Below the pieces are notes generated by a model that saw only the letters and a program-made list of their open reading frames with translations, ran no database searches and was not told the DNA's origin. A stretch of 56,456 nucleotides of DNA from a virus (lineage: Duplodnaviria; Caudoviricetes): IMG/VR virus record IMGVR_UViG_3300048839_001000, positions 1 through 56,456 of that record, one strand, 5' to 3'. Shown here piece by piece: positions 46,675-54,749 of this stretch. Made by a program: the position numbers and the translations under genes. How positions within the stretch are numbered: position 1 is the stretch's first letter; each line of letters starts with the position of its first letter.

Positions 46675-47079
46675 CTACTTCGGCGGAGGCAGCAACCGTC
46701 CCTCGGGATCTTGCTCTTTGTACACCGGCAACTTCACCTCGGTCACGCGCTTCACTTCTGCTGTCTTGCCATCCACGGCGATGTTCACTGTGCTCGGTGG
46801 CACTTTGTTCTCCACAGTGATCGTCGGTGGTGGTACGTTAACTGCAGCTGGCTGCACGTTCACCGTTGCCGGCGGCACGGTCACTTCCACCCGCGGCGCT
46901 TCCGCCTGCTTCACGTTCACCACGGGCGGTGCCACATTGACCACCGACGGCTGCACGTCGACTCGCAGCTGCATGGTTAAACGTCCAGCGTAGAATGCAA
47001 GCGCAGCGGTGACCATTACTATCACCCACAGCCCAAACACCGCGCCCATCATTTGTTTGTACTCATTGTCCATCTTCAT
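46675..47079 (-). CDS. membrane-anchored protein with VxVxP repeats
   Basis: N-terminal TM helix then VNVAPP/VTVPPA/VNVPPP repeats. Confidence 0.7.
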   Translation of the reverse strand: MKMDNEYKQMMGAVFGLWVIVMVTAALAFYAGRLTMQLRVDVQPSVVNVAPPVVNVKQAEAPRVEVTVPPATVNVQPAAVNVPPPTITVENKVPPSTVNIAVDGKTAEVKRVTEVKLPVYKEQDPEGRLLPPPK

Positions 47080-47095
47080 CTCCGCTCCTTGTTCC

Positions 47096-47224
47096 TTAAA
47101 CCCGTGTGGATACGCACACAACCACGCACACCAACGCAACGACAATGCCTAACGCAATCACCAACCACGGCATTGCCCACACGAAAACGGCCTTGAAGTT
47201 GTTCCACGTCCAATCACCCCGCAT
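47096..47224 (-). CDS. 42-aa membrane protein (not in the ORF track)
   Basis: MRGDWTWNNFKAVFVWAMPWLVIALGIVVALVCVVVCVSTRV with AAGGAG RBS. Confidence 0.55.
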   Translation of the reverse strand: MRGDWTWNNFKAVFVWAMPWLVIALGIVVALVCVVVCVSTRV

Positions 47225-47251
47225 CGTGCCATTCTCCTTTCTTATCTGCTA

Positions 47252-47554
47252 TCACCTATTTACATCGGTAATAGCTTCACGTGCTATTACCACAGCCTTA
47301 GTTGCCGCGAAATTCGTCGCGCCGTACTTAGGATCGAGGGCAGCGATTTTCTCAAGAGCTTCGAGCAGTTTCGGCGCAGCAGCCAACAAGTTCGCATTAA
47401 CCGCCGCCACTCTGCAATCCTCGTCTGTCATTCCTATTGCGAAGCTGATGTGTACGACGCTAATCCCCTTGCAAATTTCAAGTCGACGAATGCTTGGGAA
47501 TGACTGTACCCAAGTCCAACGACTTTGCTTAGCGCTCTCGATGTCACTCTCCAT
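47252..47554 (-). CDS. hypothetical protein
   Basis: ANLLAAAPKLLEALE motif common in phage hypothetical proteins. Confidence 0.7.
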   Translation of the reverse strand: MESDIESAKQSRWTWVQSFPSIRRLEICKGISVVHISFAIGMTDEDCRVAAVNANLLAAAPKLLEALEKIAALDPKYGATNFAATKAVVIAREAITDVNR

Positions 47555-47588
47555 CTCCTGTCTCCTTTCTTATCTACGCGCACACCTT

Positions 47589-48599
47589 CTATCGCATCAC
47601 GACAGCCCACTCTCGCGTTGGGTATCCTTTGTCGCTCGCGATTTCTCTGTATCCTGTCTTGAGAAGATGTGTCAACACAACGCTCTCCACGTTGCGTTCA
47701 ACATCGTCGAACATGACCGGCACATCTGACTTGAACATGTCAAGATACTTGATGAGATTCAATCTGCTTTCAGATGCCGGTGGACCATCGACGATAAGGA
47801 GGTCATAGTCCTTCGGTAGTCGCGCCTTTAATGCTTCTGGGAAGTACCACCCATCAGGACCGAGAGGCACGTGAATGTACTTCGACGGATATTTGTTCGT
47901 CCAACGCATATCGTGCTCCACCGAGTAGAGCTGATAGTCTTTGCAAAGAGCGGCTGTGGTACCATTCCCACTGCCAAGCTCAAGGATCGTTTTACCTGCT
48001 GGAATATTCGCACGAATCCACTCAATCGCCGATGGTCGCATTTGCATTCCAGGTGGCGTCTTTCTAACTGCATCAGTTGATTTATTAAGTTGCGGGATTG
48101 AGAGTTTAACGGTATCCTTCCCAAGGAATGTGCAGAGGCTTTTCCACTTCTCTTCGTCACTCACGTTCTTGTCGCAAATGTCGATGAGTAGCATTCGATC
48201 ATAGGCGAACGTCTTTCCGAACCACTTGATAAAGCTTTGGTGCGCATCGTACATTACTCGTAGTTTCTTCTCGTCATACAATAAGCACCCATAACTCGCC
48301 ATAATGGCGAGTCTATCCCTATCGGGAAGTCCGGCGTGGTTCACCACGTCCATGTGTATCCGCATCGATTCGAGCCAACTCTCAACCTCACGCGTGGTAC
48401 AAATATAAAGCGCATTTGGCCAGCGTGCGTTAATCGACAGCGTGTAGAGATAAGTCGGCACGTCAACTATCGCGTCATATCTACTGTATGTCGTCGGGTC
48501 AACGATGTAGTGGCCCGTGTTGATCCCGAGGTTCTTCAGCATCCACGCTAATGTGCTGATGCCCGTTCTTCCAAGACCAACTCCAAAGACTTTTGCCAT
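47589..48599 (-). CDS. sulfotransferase-like P-loop domain fused to a class I SAM-methyltransferase domain
   Basis: VFGVGLGRTG...TTREVESWLES...W..LC.FLG; ILELGSG, SVEHD, IVDGP, FDD. Confidence 0.8.
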   Translation of the reverse strand: MAKVFGVGLGRTGISTLAWMLKNLGINTGHYIVDPTTYSRYDAIVDVPTYLYTLSINARWPNALYICTTREVESWLESMRIHMDVVNHAGLPDRDRLAIMASYGCLLYDEKKLRVMYDAHQSFIKWFGKTFAYDRMLLIDICDKNVSDEEKWKSLCTFLGKDTVKLSIPQLNKSTDAVRKTPPGMQMRPSAIEWIRANIPAGKTILELGSGNGTTAALCKDYQLYSVEHDMRWTNKYPSKYIHVPLGPDGWYFPEALKARLPKDYDLLIVDGPPASESRLNLIKYLDMFKSDVPVMFDDVERNVESVVLTHLLKTGYREIASDKGYPTREWAVVMR

Positions 48600-48641
48600 G
48601 ATGTGTCATCCTTTCAGGTAGCCTTTTACTGTCGCAACTCT

Positions 48642-48911
48642 TCAGAGTTGCATCGATTGTTCCGCTCCAGTCAACCGATGATTGGAATTACTTCTTGGAT
48701 AGTTAGGTGTATCCACCCACTTACCATCCTTGAAGTCAAGGTTGCCCTTACGGTAGATGCGGTCTTCCTCGTTTGGAGTTAGCTTTCTCCCACAACAATC
48801 AGTGGTCAGTGTGCCTTCAAATCCACCGCAGACAGCGCAGTAACCAAGCCCACCGTCGCAGAACATGCAGCCTGTTTTCCCGCAAGAGCATTCAAACCAA
48901 ACGTGTTTCAT
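48642..48911 (-). CDS. Cys-rich hypothetical protein
   Basis: CMFCDGGLGYCAVCGGFEGTLTTDC. Confidence 0.7.
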   Translation of the reverse strand: MKHVWFECSCGKTGCMFCDGGLGYCAVCGGFEGTLTTDCCGRKLTPNEEDRIYRKGNLDFKDGKWVDTPNYPRSNSNHRLTGAEQSMQL

Positions 48912-48952
48912 GTTTGCTCCTTCATGTTTGCTCCTTCATGTTTGCTCCTTCA
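48907..48952. repeat. three tandem copies of a 14-bp unit TTCATGTTTGCTCC
   Basis: Exact copies at 48907, 48921 and 48935, plus a partial TTCA. Confidence 0.95.
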
Positions 48953-49526
48953 GGTAGTTGTAGTAGCACAGAGGTTCGTTCACGAATGTGAAGTCATCCA
49001 TGTGCCTGTTGTGAATCTGCTGTATGAAGTATCCATCGCCACCGCGCATTGTGTTGTGGTGCTTCACGTAATCTATCCATCGTACGCTTCCGATGGCTTC
49101 TCTCTTCACCGCGAACTGCGCGGTGTCAACAATCAAAGGTTTTAAATTCTCCGGTGATGCTCTCAATCGAAGGTCACCGTTCTTCCACACTTGGTCGACA
49201 ACAAGAGCGCAGCCACTCACGTTGCTCAACCTAGCGAGGAAGTCACGGTGTATGATGTTGTCGTCATCAACTCTATACACCCACCCATCTTTGATGCGCT
49301 CTAACGCAACATCGGTTTGTTTATCCCCCCATGGCTTTCCACGGACAGATCCTGTTTCAACGCGCAGTTTATTGAAGCGCGCCTGCACGTCGAAGAGCAC
49401 TCTGTCAGCATCAAAGATGATCCACCACGTGATGTTATCCGTGGGCATCCGTTGCGCGAGAATGCTACCGTACACCGCATCGAGGTGATACGGCCGTGAG
49501 CATGGGGTTATCAGGTGGTAGTTCAT
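48936..49526 (-). CDS. GT-A glycosyltransferase
   Basis: LITPCSRP, WWIIFD, VDDDN, VDTAQF, GDGYF, YYNYL. Confidence 0.8.
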   Translation of the reverse strand: MNYHLITPCSRPYHLDAVYGSILAQRMPTDNITWWIIFDADRVLFDVQARFNKLRVETGSVRGKPWGDKQTDVALERIKDGWVYRVDDDNIIHRDFLARLSNVSGCALVVDQVWKNGDLRLRASPENLKPLIVDTAQFAVKREAIGSVRWIDYVKHHNTMRGGDGYFIQQIHNRHMDDFTFVNEPLCYYNYLKEQT

Positions 49527-49527
49527 C

Positions 49528-49827
49528 TCAGCGCTTTGTCCCTACGACTCGCGTGATCCGCTCACCATTTACGACGAGGAACAGTCCACGCCGGTTCGAC
49601 CTCATGAGAGTGAGATTGACCGGATGGTCTTTACGAAGTGCGAGATGATGCGTGCCTCGCATCTCATACACTAACGTCTTGCGACGCCTGATGCTCTCGG
49701 CGCACGCCGCGCGCGTCTGACTCTGGAGCGTCTCCACTCGCGCCTGCTCTACCTCGAGCTGTATCTCTCGGCATCCGGTGCGCGTGCTGATTCTCCTGCC
49801 CCACACATCCTCGTTCGTGTTCATCAT
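49528..49827 (-). CDS. hypothetical protein
   Basis: Coupled ORF within the operon. Confidence 0.55.
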   Translation of the reverse strand: MMNTNEDVWGRRISTRTGCREIQLEVEQARVETLQSQTRAACAESIRRRKTLVYEMRGTHHLALRKDHPVNLTLMRSNRRGLFLVVNGERITRVVGTKR

Positions 49828-50018
49828 TCCTCCTCTTTCGTTATCTTTGGATTGATGACAATGCGTAGTGTTACTTTTCCATTGTCATCTCCGTCAAGAG
49901 TTAGCTCGGCATCTTCGAATGCCCGCTTTAAGTCGCTCCACTCGTACAACATTGAATCCGCATCACCGTCTTTAGATGTCGGAGTCACTTCGACGTAGAC
50001 TCTATGTTCGTCGCTCAT
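49824..50018 (-). CDS. hypothetical protein
   Basis: MSDEH start, ATGA-coupled. Confidence 0.55.
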   Translation of the reverse strand: MSDEHRVYVEVTPTSKDGDADSMLYEWSDLKRAFEDAELTLDGDDNGKVTLRIVINPKITKEEE

Positions 50019-50725
50019 GACTTGGCATCTCCCAAGAACCAGCACTTACTGGCGATCATCCTCTGAAGCTTCTGCGATGACGACGTCACCGCGTTGAAGT
50101 GCGTGATGTATCTGTCCTCTGACCTGCAGCACCAATCTTCTTTGACCGGAGCGAACTTTCCATCGGGGAAAAGGTTCGTCGGCAGTCCAAACCACTTCAC
50201 CTTCTCGGTAACGAGCCGCGCGTTGATCAGCTCCTCTTGATTGTGCCATCGATCAAACTCGTCACGCGACGGTTTGAAGAGTCGCCGGCACGCGTCAGTT
50301 GGGAACGCATAGTAGAAGCCATCGCACATGATGGTGAATCCAGGAAACACCGCTTGCTGTGCGATCAGGTCAACCCCGGCGACGTTGAACCACGGCGTCG
50401 GGTCGCGATGGAAGATCACGTCAACATCGCTAAAGAGCACCGGCTCGTCGTGCTGTAGCAGGTGCGTCATCAGCTCCATCTTCGTCCACACGAATGTCTT
50501 CCACTGTCTTGACCCGTACGGTAAAGCTGCTTCGTCCATGGATGCCACACCAGGCACTCTTTTCGCACGACTGTAAGGAGCGTACGGTACCATCGCCGCC
50601 ACTGCGGTGTCATCAGTACAGTACACCGTCAAGTCTTCGGTGTCAATACCCGCCTTCTTCAGACTAAGAAGCCAGTTACGCGCGTACCCGACGTACGCCG
50701 CGTTGATCAAGGTTGCGATGCGCAT
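50015..50725 (-). CDS. nucleotide-diphospho-sugar transferase (GT77-like), paralogue of 45306..45944
   Basis: NWLLS, K, FSDVDV..HRDP, CDGF, NQE, FPDG, HFN, KLQRM...W. Confidence 0.82.
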   Translation of the reverse strand: MRIATLINAAYVGYARNWLLSLKKAGIDTEDLTVYCTDDTAVAAMVPYAPYSRAKRVPGVASMDEAALPYGSRQWKTFVWTKMELMTHLLQHDEPVLFSDVDVIFHRDPTPWFNVAGVDLIAQQAVFPGFTIMCDGFYYAFPTDACRRLFKPSRDEFDRWHNQEELINARLVTEKVKWFGLPTNLFPDGKFAPVKEDWCCRSEDRYITHFNAVTSSSQKLQRMIASKCWFLGDAKS

Positions 50726-51090
50726 GGTGCCTCCTTACGTTCCTCACCAGTCATCGGGTCGTAGCGCATCAGGCCGCCACGCTCCATCCACTTCTCCGCG
50801 CGTCCCTTATCTCTTCCATCCCAGCAATGGATTGGACACTCGTTGTAGATGTATGTCACGATCTCGCGGAGGTGTGCGGAATTGTTCTCATCTGCGCGCT
50901 CCATTGCTTCGAGAAGATCGTTCCGCAAGACTGCGGACAAGAAGCCACCGACGTCAGTGCCAGTGAGCACCCACCGATCGATGCCCTCCAGGATCTCATC
51001 CCTGATGGTATGCTTCACGTAGTCAGGCCACTTCGCCCTACGTTCAGCCATCCTCGCCTGAAACTCTGCTGCAAATCTCTCGCTCGCCAT
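50707..51090 (-). CDS. hypothetical phage protein
   Basis: GGFLSAVLRNDLLEA..RAD motif. Confidence 0.7.
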   Translation of the reverse strand: MASERFAAEFQARMAERRAKWPDYVKHTIRDEILEGIDRWVLTGTDVGGFLSAVLRNDLLEAMERADENNSAHLREIVTYIYNECPIHCWDGRDKGRAEKWMERGGLMRYDPMTGEERKEAPCASQP

Positions 51091-51115
51091 CTCCTATCTC
51101 CTCTCTTATGCTTAC

Positions 51116-51385
51116 CTATTCGACGTCGATGTCATCATCGTCGTCTTCATCGTCAGTGTCATCGCCCACTTCTTCGTCGTCCTCTTCCTCGAGGCAATCG
51201 TCATCGTCACCTTCGCCTTCGTCATCTTCCTCGAAGTCCTCGTCATCACCAAGGTCGGGGTTTGGCTCGTTTTCGTCGTCCGCTGGCGTCGGTTCTTCTG
51301 GCGGATTCTCTTCGCCGAGCAGAAACCTTTCCATCTTTGTGTTTACGCACACGTGCGTTAGTACCGCAGTCTCCTCCACGCTCAT
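51116..51385 (-). CDS. small protein with long Asp/Glu tail
   Basis: AGGAGGAG RBS; C-terminal half almost entirely D/E. Confidence 0.65.
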   Translation of the reverse strand: MSVEETAVLTHVCVNTKMERFLLGEENPPEEPTPADDENEPNPDLGDDEDFEEDDEGEGDDDDCLEEEDDEEVGDDTDDEDDDDDIDVE

Positions 51386-51899
51386 CTCTCTCCTCCTTTT
51401 CCAGGTATCCTTTGCCCTCGATCACATCGAGGATCTTTTTACCGTATGAATCTCTGAACACGTCTTCCTTGGTGACTACGATGGTGTAACGTGACAAATC
51501 GCGCCCAGCATCGTGCAGTGTGTCGCCGTTCTTCATGGCGTCTTCATTCTCCGCAACGAAGATGCACACGTCCACCATCGGCGACGATCCCCACACGCCG
51601 GTAAGCGACACCAAGCGTGGATCCATTGTCTCTGCTGCGTCCGCGAGCGCGTACGCCGGCAGCAAGTCGACAAAGAATACATGATCACTTGCACTTGCAT
51701 TCTGTGCAATCGCCGCGTCACGCACCAACACGTCTCGGAGCGCGTTAACTGCACGGTCAGTTGTGTTCATGGTCGACACGCCAGCGTATCGGCTGACCAG
51801 ATCGGAACTCTTGACGCCACGCGTGTGCATTTCATCGCGAAGCTTTCGCTCCGCTACATTACGCCACCCATCATTCCATCCAATCACTGCTAGAAGCAC
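51246..51899 (-). CDS. hypothetical protein
   Basis: 217-aa ORF whose 3' end overlaps the acidic ORF. Confidence 0.55.
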   Translation of the reverse strand: MLLAVIGWNDGWRNVAERKLRDEMHTRGVKSSDLVSRYAGVSTMNTTDRAVNALRDVLVRDAAIAQNASASDHVFFVDLLPAYALADAAETMDPRLVSLTGVWGSSPMVDVCIFVAENEDAMKNGDTLHDAGRDLSRYTIVVTKEDVFRDSYGKKILDVIEGKGYLEKEERDERGGDCGTNARVRKHKDGKVSARRRESARRTDASGRRKRAKPRPW

Positions 51900-52162
51900 G
51901 TGCGTCTCCTACTCATTGCCTTGAGTACGTTCGCGGAGAGCGTCTCGACGCGCAGCGCACTCTGTCTCATTTGCTCCACGTGATCCTTGATCGCGCGCGA
52001 GTCGAAGCCATCCATCGCTTCTACCAGCATGTTTAGTTCCGCCATGACGCCGGCAATTTCGTCGTGCGTTGCCTTCTTGGCCTCGACGAGTTCCTTGTCC
52101 GCGGCCTCTTTGCGAAGCTTAAGTTCTTCGACGACTGTCATCTCTCGCTCCTTTTCATTCAT
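51890..52162 (-). CDS. coiled-coil hypothetical protein
   Basis: ATGA-coupled ORF; the start could be 52141. Confidence 0.6.
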   Translation of the reverse strand: MNEKEREMTVVEELKLRKEAADKELVEAKKATHDEIAGVMAELNMLVEAMDGFDSRAIKDHVEQMRQSALRVETLSANVLKAMSRRRTCF

Positions 52163-52368
52163 CGACGGTTTCCCCCCATCATCTCTTTCCAACACACAGA
52201 ACACCCACCGCTTATCAGCAGCTCACGTTCCTCTGGTTTGAGTTCTGGGAGTGCCTCATGTGCCGCCATTCCTCCTTTGAAATTCATGAAGCCAGTCAAC
52301 GACACAGTCATCTTGAATGACTTCCCACAAAACCTACAGCCAACTGTTATGTCAACGGCCTTGTCCAT
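52159..52368 (-). CDS. small zinc-ribbon protein
   Basis: CRFC...ERELLISGGCSVCW. Confidence 0.7.
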   Translation of the reverse strand: MDKAVDITVGCRFCGKSFKMTVSLTGFMNFKGGMAAHEALPELKPEERELLISGGCSVCWKEMMGGNRR

Positions 52369-52583
52369 CGTTCTTCTCCTCTCTAATCTCTATCTCGTCG
52401 CTTTAGTCCGATGATCAATCCAATCGCCAATCCTCCTATGAACGACAAGATGACGGCGACATCCACGATGGTCACTGTGGTCCTCCTCTCTTCTCTGTGG
52501 CAGGCACGCGGCGATGATTCGTCGGTATTGCCCCACTGGGCTTCGCTCTCGCCTCGTGACGTTATCACGTCAGCACCAAACCC

Positions 52584-53042
52584 TCATCGCCGCGGCCTGC
52601 CGAATGGAGGTCCACCTTTGCCCTTGCTCATCTCATGGCGCACACGCGCTGCCATGAGTCCAAACATGAACTCATCGAATGTTTTGCAGTACTTCACGCA
52701 CGGTAAGTATTGGAATGGCATCACCGGTTTGCCAATGAGAATGATCAGTTTGCGCAGTCCAACTGCGAAGCCCATTTCGTAGTGCATGCCACCGAGCGTC
52801 GACGGTGACTCAGAGAACTGCACGAACCAGTCAGCTTCGAGGATCTCCGTGAGACACTTCTTCGCGACGCTACGCGCACTCTCCGCGTCACCTGGCTTCC
52901 AATCGTGTGCACCATCGTCGTGCCACGTCGATGTCACCCTGATTTGGTGCAGACTCAACTTATCAGCGAACTGTTTCACAGCCGCCTTGTCGGTCATCGA
53001 CGATGAGATGTACACCGAGATGTCGGACAGTCTGTTGTTCAT
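52584..53042 (-). CDS. nucleoside 2'-deoxyribosyltransferase-like N-glycosidase
   Basis: VYISS, I..AD, GGMHYEMGFA.GL.K. Confidence 0.75.
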   Translation of the reverse strand: MNNRLSDISVYISSSMTDKAAVKQFADKLSLHQIRVTSTWHDDGAHDWKPGDAESARSVAKKCLTEILEADWFVQFSESPSTLGGMHYEMGFAVGLRKLIILIGKPVMPFQYLPCVKYCKTFDEFMFGLMAARVRHEMSKGKGGPPFGRPRR

Positions 53043-53959
53043 CGCTTACTCTCCAATTGATCAACGGTGCATTCCGTTGGATTCTTGTCTTCGCGCCATC
53101 TGATGAAGCGAGGGTGGTGTAGCCGACCTTTCGAGCAGACACCGTTAGCCTCCACTTCACAAACACGACCGATGAGTTCGTCTCGGTGCTCCGTCATCCA
53201 TTTGCGTTCCACCTCGGTCATGCCACTCACCGAGGCGACCTCGACTACGTGATGACTAGGATCTTCTTGGTAAGGTGCTATCATCCCAACTCGTAGCGCA
53301 CCGACGTCGCCGTAGAACATGCCGGTGCCATCCTTGGTGCCCATCACAATGCAGTCGTACGTGTGGGACACTTTGAGCTTCCACCATCGCAGTTCTTTGG
53401 TGTCGAGTTCCTTCAGTACGAAGCCTTCGAGTCGAGCGAACTTTGCAGCTTCAAGTAACGCTGCGAAAGTAGTATCGGGTGGGAGAGACTTACCATGCAC
53501 GTGTTCTTCCAATTTCAAATCGCGAGTCAACGTGCGAGGCACCAAGATGTTCCTATGCATTAACTCATCTCGGTGACCATGTACAGTGAGTTCGCGTCCC
53601 ACCATTCGATACGCAGTGAAGCGCAGCCGCCGACACAGTTCACCAGTCCAATCTGTTTCGCGCCCATTGACTAACGCACTCTTAACGTCGCTCGATGTAC
53701 CATTCTCGACGTGCAGTTCTCCGTGGATTGCGTCAACGCAGGCGACATCCTTAACCCACGGTGGCATGTCATCCCACTTGTTCTCACGATGGCCTGTCAC
53801 GTCACTGATGCGCCGACCGTACGCATTGTCACGCCAAATGATCATCGATTCGCCATCGAGTTTTTCTTCGGCGACGTAATGCTGCTTCGGCATCTTGTCG
53901 TCGGCCTTCTTCAATTTCGGAAAGAGCAGTTCATCAGGATGCATACGCCACCTCCACAT
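53039..53959 (-). CDS. ATP-dependent DNA ligase
   Basis: EEKLDG, HGEL, EGFVLK, WWKLK, LHHPRF.RWREDK. Confidence 0.9.
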   Translation of the reverse strand: MWRWRMHPDELLFPKLKKADDKMPKQHYVAEEKLDGESMIIWRDNAYGRRISDVTGHRENKWDDMPPWVKDVACVDAIHGELHVENGTSSDVKSALVNGRETDWTGELCRRLRFTAYRMVGRELTVHGHRDELMHRNILVPRTLTRDLKLEEHVHGKSLPPDTTFAALLEAAKFARLEGFVLKELDTKELRWWKLKVSHTYDCIVMGTKDGTGMFYGDVGALRVGMIAPYQEDPSHHVVEVASVSGMTEVERKWMTEHRDELIGRVCEVEANGVCSKGRLHHPRFIRWREDKNPTECTVDQLESKR

Positions 53960-54278
53960 TCATGCAGTCGTAATGCTCCTGCATCGCTGTTCGGAACGCC
54001 TCCTTGGTTCTACCCGATGCATCCTGCATCACGTAAAGCTCTGCCACCTTCTCGTAAAGCTTCGTGGACTCCTCGCGTCGTCCATGTTGGTCTGGCGTCA
54101 GGTTGCCGGCGACCACTTGCGCCGCGTGCCAGATGCATCCATCCTGAAAGAAGAAATGCGCGATGTCCCAGCGCATGCTCTCCAAGTCATCCTTCACCAA
54201 GGAAGGTGGACAATCCAGAAGGCGCGCCAACCAGGCGCACACGTCTTTTGGATTGTTCAAATCAAGTCCCGCTGCCAT
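53934..54278 (-). CDS. hypothetical protein
   Basis: 114 aa with GTAGAGAGGAG RBS. Confidence 0.65.
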   Translation of the reverse strand: MAAGLDLNNPKDVCAWLARLLDCPPSLVKDDLESMRWDIAHFFFQDGCIWHAAQVVAGNLTPDQHGRREESTKLYEKVAELYVMQDASGRTKEAFRTAMQEHYDCMNVEVAYAS

Positions 54279-54290
54279 TGTGTCTCCTCT

Positions 54291-54749
54291 CTACTCTCTT
54301 GTGTACGCCAAGTGCTTCACGGGACCTTCGCCCATGAGCATCGCGGCGATCAATCTCGATGTCTCTGCCTTACTGTTGGAAGGCACGAACCACTCCGCTG
54401 GAAAGTCACACGCCACCATGCTGTCGCTGAGTGAGCGAATGAACTTCGGCCATGGTCCACACACCGTGAACACGCCGGCGGCACGCTCTGTGCCGAAAGC
54501 GACCGTGGCGCCCGTACGTGAGAGAGCCATCGACCGTAGCACGCTCTCCTGTCCCGGTGTCAAAGCACTGACGCATGAGAGGAGCGATGCAGCGACCTTC
54601 AACTCAAACGTCATGATCGGTCTGTTCGCTGCCCAGTAGATGTAGTCGGGTAGCCCGCGCTGCATGGCGTCATTGTGGAGCTTGAACACCGTGGCTCCAC
54701 GCATGCGGAGATCCTTCGCCACCATCGACCCTAATTCATTCTCTTTCAT
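54291..54749 (-). CDS. VRR-NUC/Holliday-junction-resolvase-like PD-(D/E)xK nuclease
   Basis: MKENE...GLPD...FELK...LTPGQ. Confidence 0.8.
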   Translation of the reverse strand: MKENELGSMVAKDLRMRGATVFKLHNDAMQRGLPDYIYWAANRPIMTFELKVAASLLSCVSALTPGQESVLRSMALSRTGATVAFGTERAAGVFTVCGPWPKFIRSLSDSMVACDFPAEWFVPSNSKAETSRLIAAMLMGEGPVKHLAYTRE

